From Thermoanaerobaculia bacterium (GTDB lineage: Bacteria; Acidobacteriota; Thermoanaerobaculia; Multivoradales; JAHEKO01), in assembly GCA_049664225.1 (NCBI GenBank), contig JBATEX010000075.1, positions 7,414-71,413 on the forward strand: a stretch of DNA of 64,000 nt, given 5' to 3'. The position numbers were made by a program, and so were the translations under genes. The notes under the pieces were generated by a model that was not told the origin of the DNA, searched no databases, and worked only from the letters and a program-made list of their open reading frames with translations. The stretch's first letter is position 1. Every line of letters starts with the position of its first letter. Positions 57,444-64,000 of this stretch are shown here, one piece after another.

Positions 57444-57770
57444 TCATCCCTTCCACCAAACACCCAGCTCTCCAAGTACCCAGATTACGAAGAGAAGCGA
57501 TGCCAGAGGGTTTAGGACCTTTGCCAGAAGCACGAGTCGGTCTATCTGAGAATCGCCGAGCTGCCTATAGTCCCCGGAACGGAGGAATCTCCGAACATCA
57601 TTCTGTTTCTGAATTGTTGTCTTGAAGAATCTTGGTTCACCGAAGGCCTGCCAGATTTCGTGATGATTGAGCCGTAGGCGTCGCAAGAGCAAATACCACA
57701 CAGTGAGAAGGGTCACGACAAGCGCCACGAGTGCTGACCAAGTGGTTGCGAAGAAGGAAGTCCACGTCAC
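57444..57770 (-). CDS. two-TM paralog family member 3b (putative immunity protein)
   Basis: 108 aa, built as TM1-RLRLNHHEIWQAFGEPRFF...YRQLGDSQIDRLV-TM2. It shares the W..(L/F)G.P..F and L.D..(L/I) motifs with five other ORFs in the locus. Confidence 0.6.
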   Translation of the reverse strand: MTWTSFFATTWSALVALVVTLLTVWYLLLRRLRLNHHEIWQAFGEPRFFKTTIQKQNDVRRFLRSGDYRQLGDSQIDRLVLLAKVLNPLASLLFVIWVLGELGVWWKG

Positions 57771-57824
57771 AGCCAGATACCTATGTGATTCATTCCGGTA
57801 AACGCCGACAGAGGTTTTCTCGAG

Positions 57825-58118
57825 TCACCTCTGAACCAAAACCAAGAAGATGAGTGCCAGCCAAAGCGCCGCCGCAAAGCTGATGATAGTCAGTTTCCAG
57901 ATGGTTCCAAGGCGATTCAACCGCGGGTCTTTGAGGTCTTTGTACTGACCTCGTAGCAGAAACCTGTTGGCATCTGTCGTTTGATTTAGAAAGGCATGCG
58001 GCCTTCCCAACTTATCCCACAACTCCCGATAGTGGACTTTCAGGTAACTGTAGAACCGATGCGCACACCCGGCACTCAATAGCCCCATAAGAACTGTGGC
58101 CGCCACCAAGGCAAACAT
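57825..58118 (-). CDS. two-TM paralog family member 3a (putative immunity protein)
   Basis: ATG 58118 lies 14 nt after the stop of the toxin-tip remnant. The layout is TM1-YLKVHYRELWDKLGRPHAF...YKDLKDPRLNRL-TM2. Confidence 0.6.
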   Translation of the reverse strand: MFALVAATVLMGLLSAGCAHRFYSYLKVHYRELWDKLGRPHAFLNQTTDANRFLLRGQYKDLKDPRLNRLGTIWKLTIISFAAALWLALIFLVLVQR

Positions 58119-58132
58119 CGCGAGATCATCTC

Positions 58133-58363
58133 CTACCTGCAATCTCCACCTCCCAAAGTGACCTGCCGCCCAGCGACTATGTATGCTGCCGCTCCTGCGC
58201 CCACCCCAAGACCCGTATTGTCGTGAAGCTCCCCATCCGCGAAGACCGTCCCGAGCTGTCCTCCCAGGGGTAAGCCCCAAAACGACAGAATGCCATAGCT
58301 AAGGGCATTCGCATAGCCGCCGACCGCGGCTCGGACTTGACCTCCATCCGGAAATCTCGGGCC
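58133..58363 (-). pseudogene. remnant of a third glycine-rich Rhs-type toxin tip
   Basis: ...GGYANALSYGILSFWGLPLGGQLGTVFADGELHDNTGLGVGAGAAAYIVAGRQVTLGGGDCR ends like the main tip (GYILFGGQKTFGGGDCG). The upstream part is replaced by RAYT mini-element E. Confidence 0.55.
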
Positions 58364-58364
58364 C

Positions 58365-58765
58365 GGAATAGGTGCCTGCCGAACCTGGCTCCCTACCGGC
58401 GACCCCAGAACTTCTCCCTCCACCCATGCAGTCGACCGGCCTCTCGTGCCAGGTTCGAGTTGAGGAAGTTCATGAACCGGGCGAGTCGAGGAGCGTCGTC
58501 GACACTCAGTAGAAGGTGGTAATGATTCGAGAGGAAGACGAACGCATGAAGCTCGACCGGGTAGAGCCTTTGGGCTCGGGCGAGGACCCCGATGATGATG
58601 GACTTCAAGTCATCGGAGGGAGTGAGCAGAAATCGGCCCTGCATTGTCCGACACGTCACTTCGACCAGGGCGCCGCCTTCGGGGATGTACCGCAGTCTCC
58701 GTGCCATGCACTAGAGGTCGCGCTCCACTCCCACGTTCTTGCAGAATCGGATGGCACCTCGTCGG
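58365..58765 (-). mobile_element. RAYT mini-derivative E (both REP-like ends, first 104 codons; internal deletion)
   Basis: ggaataggtgcctgccgaacctggctccc at 58365-58393 corresponds to 36502-36530. It is joined directly to codon 104 of the RAYT (ORF 58393..58707). The right end is ggatggcacctcgtcgg. Confidence 0.8.
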
Positions 58766-58852
58766 AACCAGAGGATGATCCCGCCGCGCCTGAATTGAAG
58801 CTCCGTGACATTTCTCTCAGGGGGGCAAGATACTGTTTCCTTCAATCTGGCA

Positions 58853-59164
58853 TCATCCTACAAGCCCGAGAACTAACAACCCGATCAAGAGCAACAGGGA
58901 TAGGAACTCGCAGGTCCGCTCAAGAAGAACAAGACACCTGAGCCTCTGAGTTCTCATGGATTCCACAGGTGTCCTCCAAAGAAACCGCTGGACTCGGCCC
59001 TCAATGCTAACCGAGTTGTTCCAGAGAAGCGAAGGACACCCTAATGTCTCCCAGGTCTGCCTGAAGTTCCGCTTGAGGAGTAAGAATAAGCTTGTACGAA
59101 GCAGTCCCGATACCAGAAACAGAAGAGCCGCGGAAGTACCTAGCGCCAGCTGCAAGGTTCGCAT
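58853..59164 (-). CDS. two-TM paralog family member 2b (putative immunity protein)
   Basis: 103 aa, built as TM1-LLKRNFRQTWETLGCPSLLW...MRTQRLRCLV-TM2. Confidence 0.6.
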   Translation of the reverse strand: MRTLQLALGTSAALLFLVSGLLRTSLFLLLKRNFRQTWETLGCPSLLWNNSVSIEGRVQRFLWRTPVESMRTQRLRCLVLLERTCEFLSLLLLIGLLVLGLVG

Positions 59165-59172
59165 TTCGGGTC

Positions 59173-59487
59173 CTAGAACGCGACAAAATAGCTGAAGACA
59201 AGCAGCAGCACGAACAGCGTGGCCTCCAAGAGCCTCTTCTTAACCACAAGGCTGTCAAGCTGTTCGTCATTCAGTTTCTTAAATGATCCGGACCAGACGA
59301 ACTTGATCCTCTGGAGATTGGACCGAAGAGTGCTCGATGGGAACAACGAAGGTGCTCCCAATTCGTTCCATGTCTGGGGATATTTCGAGCGGAGGAGACG
59401 ATAAACTTGCTGGGTGACCAGGAAGTACGGCACAACCAGAACCCACATCAATCCCCAAATCACAGCGAGGCCAGTTCGTTCAGTCAT
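59173..59487 (-). CDS. two-TM paralog family member 2a (putative immunity protein)
   Basis: ATG 59487 has GAGGTG 4 nt upstream and lies 8 nt after the orphan toxin stop. The layout is TM1-RLLRSKYPQTWNELGAPSLF...FKKLNDEQLDSLV-TM2. Confidence 0.6.
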   Translation of the reverse strand: MTERTGLAVIWGLMWVLVVPYFLVTQQVYRLLRSKYPQTWNELGAPSLFPSSTLRSNLQRIKFVWSGSFKKLNDEQLDSLVVKKRLLEATLFVLLLVFSYFVAF

Positions 59488-59495
59488 CGTGCACC

Positions 59496-61081
59496 TCAAT
59501 CGCAAAGATCACTGACTACGAAGGTCCAGCTCGGTGAGAATGTGAGAGCAAACCCTCCTCCGATACCGACGCCGATGCCTCCGACCAACGTCGAGCCACC
59601 CGTGGACAGAGTATAGGAAAAGTATGTCGTACGACCCGCACCCAGACCAAGAACTCCAGAGAAAGTGAGGCCCAAGCCCTCTGCTCCGCCCGTGCCCAAC
59701 CCCACGGGGTACACACCACCTGCAGCACCATACGTTGCTATTGGTCCTCCAAACGTCGCTTCGGCTCGGGCTGGAGTGCTGACCAAGGACGCATAACCTC
59801 CCCAGAATTCTCCGCCTTCGACCAAGACGGCACCGGTCCAATTGTAGATAGCGCTGCAGAAGACCTCACTTACCATCTCCAGGACTTCCGGGTCATCCTC
59901 ACCGCCCCCTTCTGTGCCCGACTCGTTGCTATCTCCTGCTCCCGACCCCCCTTCGCCTGGCGTCTCCGGTGTCGGTTCTACAACCTCCGGATCGACTCTT
60001 CCGAAGATCCCCCCAAAAACGGGTCCGCGGCGTTCAGCTCCCCGTTTCATCGATAGTCCTCCCGGACCAAACCCAAAGTTCGCTGCAGAATTGTAACTCC
60101 AGTAGGCAAACCTCCAAAAAGCATCGAGCACCAACCGATACTCCCGAAAGGTCTCCAGATCCCCTTCTTCCTTGTTCGGACGCAAGCCAAAGGGATCCAC
60201 TAGGTTGATCGGATTTCCCATCACATAGGCGTAGCGGTTGAGACTCTGCGGTGCTGCAGGACTCCCTCTCAATGGGTCGACCCTGCCGAAGCGGCCGAGG
60301 AAGGGGCTATAGTAGCGGGCATGCATGTAGTCGAGATCATCCAGCGTGCCGGTGTAGCCCAAGTCTCGTTCGTGACCGGTGTACTTGAGGGGGAACTGGT
60401 TCTGGCCTGAATCAGTGACCTCTTCGCCATAAGGCAGATAGTCGTGCTGGTAGAGGAGATTGCCGGCCGAGTCGGTGACCCGTCTCGGGGTGCCGAGATG
60501 GTCGAGGTGATAGTGGCGCACCTCGCCGTGGTCAACCGGTTCGTGGCCAGGGAGACCGAGATCACTCGGTTCTGGGCGGGGCCGCCCGGGGCGGAGGCGG
60601 CGACGGCGGTCAAGTTGCCGAAGGGGTCGTAGGTGTAGTCCTCGGTGTAGCCCGAGGCCGTGCCGGAGACCAGGCGGCTAACCTCGTCGTAGACGTAGGT
60701 CTCGCTGCCGATCTCGTGAATGTTGCCGGAGCCGTCGTAGGTGAAGGGTCCCCAGTCCCACAGGGATCCGCAGCTGTCCTCCGCAGAGAGGCTGTAGGTG
60801 CGGGCGATGCCACTCGGGTCGATCTCCTGGAGGTCGGAGACGCCGTTGAGGTGCGGAATCTCGCTCCACAAGCGATTCGGGTGGTAGGCGAAGTTGTCCG
60901 TGAAGCCCTCGACGCGCTTGAGCCACCCTTTGGAGAAGGCGTACTCGAGGGTCCGGTTCGGCTCATCCTGCGGACAGTCCGCGTGGAGACAGTCGGGATA
61001 GGTGATCCGGGCAGTCGGCCCCAGCAGCCTACCCGCTACTGAACTGAGCGCCTGACCTGCAGCAATATTGTGAACAGTGCC
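59496..61081 (-). pseudogene. orphan rhs module: YD-repeat core fragment (no start, ~0.33-kb internal deletion with frameshift) plus complete alternative toxin tip
   Basis: The frame opens at 61081, directly after the stop of 61082..61528. It has YD repeats (YTYDPFGNL) and a frame change near 60525. The core end is RYYSPFLGRFGRVDP...NPINLVDPFGL, followed by a 228-aa glycine-rich tip ending SDLCD. Confidence 0.75.
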
Positions 61082-61528
61082 TCACGAAGAGGATGAGTTG
61101 CTCCGCCAACTAGGCTCCTCCGTCTCGTTCTTTTCCCGAGCAGCCGCGAACTCGGCCACGAGCTGACCTACTGTTGAGGGTAGTTCGCGGCCCTCATTAG
61201 CTCCAGAAGCTACCCTGAGTTCAAGGAGCTCGTCATTCAGATCGGACCAGGCAACGCTGAACTCAGCGAGATACCCGAACCGCTTAGAGAGAGCGTTCAG
61301 CGATTGCTCCGGAGCGAGCTTCTCCTGAGGTATTCTGAGCGTCTTCGCCACACGATTTCTTTCTCTCAGCACCGCATCCGCGGGAGCCGAGTAGCACTCA
61401 GGGAAGGGTTTGAGGAACTCCGCGTCAGACAAGCTCTCGAGCTGTTTGGCTCGATACCGGCGAAAGAGAATGCCCACACCCACCGCCACCACTCCGAAGA
61501 CTGAGATTAGATAATTCTGAGTGTCCAT
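61082..61528 (-). CDS. hypothetical single-TM protein
   Basis: 148 aa with an N-terminal TM (LISVFGVVAVGVGILF) and an acidic C-terminus. I recognise no domain. Confidence 0.45.
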   Translation of the reverse strand: MDTQNYLISVFGVVAVGVGILFRRYRAKQLESLSDAEFLKPFPECYSAPADAVLRERNRVAKTLRIPQEKLAPEQSLNALSKRFGYLAEFSVAWSDLNDELLELRVASGANEGRELPSTVGQLVAEFAAAREKNETEEPSWRSNSSSS

Positions 61529-61631
61529 GGTGCGTCAACCTCAGAATGCACAATATGCCAGAACGCCGTAGTCCCAAATGGCCCCCCGAACATTTTGGGC
61601 GTCGCCACCCACGACACGCCCCTGCTGCGAC

Positions 61632-61955
61632 CTACTGGTGCCCCAAAATCCAGGCCACATAGTAGATAAACAGTCCCCACAGCACCAACGTGAGGATCCC
61701 TTCTATCCTGACCATCCAGTTAAGTCTTTGGTCCTGCAACTCACCTATCCGACCGCTTATGACGAATTTGTAGAAAGCTAGTTGATTGCGAATCGAAGTG
61801 CGAAACACGGATGGAGCGCCTAGGTCCTCCCAATGTTGATGATGGTAGATCTCGAGCCGACGGCACAAGAAATACCGCAAGACAATTGCAAATGCTAGGA
61901 GCGAAACAAAAACACCACCGAGAGCTTGGTACAACATCTGCGCACCCGTTGCCAC
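61632..61955 (-). CDS. two-TM paralog family member 1b (putative immunity protein)
   Basis: 107 aa. Its GTG start shares 1 nt with the TAG of member 1a. The layout is TM1-RRLEIYHHQHWEDLGAPSVF...GELQDQRLNWMV-TM2. Confidence 0.6.
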   Translation of the reverse strand: MATGAQMLYQALGGVFVSLLAFAIVLRYFLCRRLEIYHHQHWEDLGAPSVFRTSIRNQLAFYKFVISGRIGELQDQRLNWMVRIEGILTLVLWGLFIYYVAWILGHQ

Positions 61956-62275
61956 TAGTCAAGCCAGCGCAACTTAGCCAACACCAGAATTGCGAAGATT
62001 GACGAGATCAGCAAGAAGACCTTGATCTGATTCTTATACTTCCCGACGAGCCGATCGAGATGCTCATCACCCAGGGATCGGAATTCATTCGACCGAATGA
62101 AAGTGCCGTAACTGCGAGATGAGTTCCAGAAGAGCCCCGGGGACCCGAGTGACCTCCACTTCTCATGATGATTCTGCCTCAGATACTTCAGAAGCCAATA
62201 TGATCGGACAAAGGCGTATACAAGAGCAGCCGCACTCACCCATAAAAGAACCCAGGCCAGGAATTCGTGTGTCAC
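61955..62275 (-). CDS. two-TM paralog family member 1a (putative immunity protein)
   Basis: 106 aa. Its GTG start overlaps the rhs stop (GTGA). The layout is TM1-YLRQNHHEKWRSLGSPGLFW...FRSLGDEHLDRLV-TM2. Confidence 0.6.
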   Translation of the reverse strand: MTHEFLAWVLLWVSAAALVYAFVRSYWLLKYLRQNHHEKWRSLGSPGLFWNSSRSYGTFIRSNEFRSLGDEHLDRLVGKYKNQIKVFLLISSIFAILVLAKLRWLD

Positions 62276-64000
62276 CCGCAGTCACCCCCTCCGAAGGTCT
62301 TCTGGCCGCCAAACAGAATGTAGCCTGACAGGCCACCCCCCACAACCCACCCGCCTCGGAGCGTATCGCCGCCTGAATGTGTCACACCTTCTATAGCATA
62401 GCCCGGAAGAAGCGGCACGATGATAACTCCGCCAGCGCGAACTTGGAACCCGTCTTCGGGAGCCGGCCCTAACTGCCAGGACAAGAATCCGTCGGAGGGA
62501 GCCGAAAGGGAGCTTTCCCCTGCGATGCGACCTGCTATCCCGAGTACGAACCCCACTGCACCAAACAATGTCAAGCGGTTGTAATCACCTGCCTCAGCCG
62601 AGAGTTGGCCCCCCACTGGATATACAGGGACTTGGCTAGTCCCGGCGAATGATATTCGAATCTGACTGCAATCCTGAGCTGCTTCTCCTTCTCCTGCGCC
62701 AACCTCCGTGTTCCCGGTCCCCCCCTCACCTCCCGCCCCTCCCTCACCAGGCTTCTCCGGTGTCGGTTCTACAACCACCCGCTCGGCCAAGATGATCGAA
62801 CTCGGATCATGCCCCGCCTCTCTCTCGGCGAGTGCGGCTTCGAGCGGGTCACCACCGCCGCCGCCAAACACCTGTAGGAAGAGCCAGCCCCAGTACCACA
62901 TGTCGTGGTATACGCCATACTCAAGGAACGTGCTCTTCGACTCTATGTAGAATCCGAATCCACCCGATCTCGGACCCAATCCAGTGGGATCAGTCAGGTT
63001 GATCGGATTTCCCATCACATAGGCGTAGCGGTTGAGACTCTGCGGTGCTGCAGGACTCCCTCTCAATGGGTCGACCCTGCCGAAGCGAGCCAGGAAGGGG
63101 CTGTAGTAGCGCGCATGCATGTAGTCGAGATCATCCAGCGTGCCGGTGTAGCCCGAGTCCCGTTCGTGGCCGGTGTATTTGAGGGGAAACTGGTTCTGGC
63201 CTGAATCGGTGACCTCTTCGCCATAAGGCAGATAGTCGTGCTGGTAGAGGAGATTGCCGGCCGAGTCGGTGACCCGTCTCGGGGTGCCGAGATGGTCCAG
63301 GTGGTAGTGACGGACCTCGCCTCCCGGGTGCACCGAGGAGACGAGACGTCCATTGCCGTAGATCATGTCCCGCTTCCAGCGCCACTCGTCGTTGCCCAGG
63401 CCGGAGCTGACCTCGTACTGACGGAGCACCTTGCCTGACAAGTCGCGTAGAGAAACTGTCTCCTCGAGTGCCGACATGCCTCCCGGCTCGTGGATCGTCC
63501 AGAGCCGCTCGCCACCGGCCGTGTAGAGATGGGTCCAGCTGAGGGAGCCGGCTTCCTGCCGAGTCAAGCGACTCAAGGCATCGTAGGTGTAGGTCGTGCC
63601 GTTCCAATCGGTCATGTTGCCGGCGGCGTCGTAGCTTGCTGTGAGCAGCCGATTCGTGGCCGGGGAGACCATGATCGCGCGCAACTGAACCATGCCGCCC
63701 GGGGTACTGGCTTCCACCCCGGTCAGGTTGCCGAATGGGTCGTAGGTGTAGTTCTCAGAATAGCCCGAAGCTGTGCCGGAGGTCAGGCGGCCGACTTCGT
63801 CGTAGAGGTAGCTCTCACCAGCGATCCCGCTGATGTTACCTGAGCCGTCGTAGGCGTAGGGCCCCCAGTTCCATAGCGACCCACCACTGTCTTCGGCAGA
63901 GAGGCTGTAGGTGCGCGGAACACCACTCGGATCCACATCCTGGACATCGGAGACGCCGTTGAGATGCGGAATCTCGCTGAATAGCCGGTTCGGGTGGTAG
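62272..64000 (-). CDS. Rhs/YD-repeat polymorphic toxin, 3' part (N-terminus beyond window end)
   Basis: The frame stays open upstream of the listed GTG 63936 to the window edge (...YHPNRLFSEIPHLNGVSDVQD). It has YD repeats (YTYDPFGNL, YDAAGNM, YTYDALSRL). The core end is RYYSPFLARFGRVDP...NRYAYVMGNPINLTDPTGL, followed by a 234-aa glycine-rich tip. Confidence 0.85.
   Translation of the reverse strand, partial: YHPNRLFSEIPHLNGVSDVQDVDPSGVPRTYSLSAEDSGGSLWNWGPYAYDGSGNISGIAGESYLYDEVGRLTSGTASGYSENYTYDPFGNLTGVEASTPGGMVQLRAIMVSPATNRLLTASYDAAGNMTDWNGTTYTYDALSRLTRQEAGSLSWTHLYTAGGERLWTIHEPGGMSALEETVSLRDLSGKVLRQYEVSSGLGNDEWRWKRDMIYGNGRLVSSVHPGGEVRHYHLDHLGTPRRVTDSAGNLLYQHDYLPYGEEVTDSGQNQFPLKYTGHERDSGYTGTLDDLDYMHARYYSPFLARFGRVDPLRGSPAAPQSLNRYAYVMGNPINLTDPTGLGPRSGGFGFYIESKSTFLEYGVYHDMWYWGWLFLQVFGGGGGDPLEAALAEREAGHDPSSIILAERVVVEPTPEKPGEGGAGGEGGTGNTEVGAGEGEAAQDCSQIRISFAGTSQVPVYPVGGQLSAEAGDYNRLTLFGAVGFVLGIAGRIAGESSLSAPSDGFLSWQLGPAPEDGFQVRAGGVIIVPLLPGYAIEGVTHSGGDTLRGGWVVGGGLSGYILFGGQKTFGGGDCG

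Noticed and set aside
1-64000. tRNA, rRNA, tmRNA genes
   Set aside because: Inspection of the non-coding stretches showed no cloverleaf-like or rRNA-like sequence. A tRNAscan/Infernal run would be the decisive check.

Overview
64-kb, high-G+C bacterial chromosomal window. I saw no rRNA, tRNA or CRISPR array. Taxonomy cannot be assigned from the sequence alone, though the gene content looks Acidobacteriota/Gemmatimonadota-like. All homology statements come from reading motifs by eye; no searches were run. The window falls into three zones. (1) 1-33.9 kb is ordinary, densely coded core and envelope DNA. It holds pncA-pncB NAD salvage, two VapBC-type TA pairs and a patatin-like lipoprotein. It also holds a translationally coupled GT39/GT2/sulfatase-family envelope-modification operon with asnB and an O-antigen-ligase-like gene. 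Further genes are a porin, a PQQ sugar dehydrogenase, PilZ, a ParA-like ATPase, an M28 peptidase, a 1061-aa BNR/sortilin-like protein and DUF2461. The zone ends with a four-gene operon (TIM-barrel hydrolase-like / Mur-ligase-like / amidohydrolase / ATP-grasp-like). (2) 33.9-56.1 kb is a mosaic of intact genes and heavy gene decay. The intact genes include two photolyases of different classes, an HAO-like octahaem cytochrome, a di-haem peroxidase and a Tat-exported FAD oxidoreductase. The decay includes one intact REP-associated tyrosine transposase (RAYT) flanked by inverted REP-like sequences, plus three truncated or internally deleted copies of it. There are also IS91- and IS3-family remnants and about nine truncated or frameshifted genes. 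(3) 56.1-64 kb, on the minus strand, is an Rhs/YD-repeat polymorphic-toxin locus. It contains the 3' end of a main rhs gene, one orphan rhs module and one tip remnant. All three carry an unrecognised glycine-rich, two-cysteine C-terminal domain. Each is followed by a tandem pair of paralogous ~100-aa two-TM proteins (six paralogs in total), and a membrane-anchored TlpA-like thioredoxin lies nearby. This last locus is my best candidate for an undescribed toxin/immunity system.
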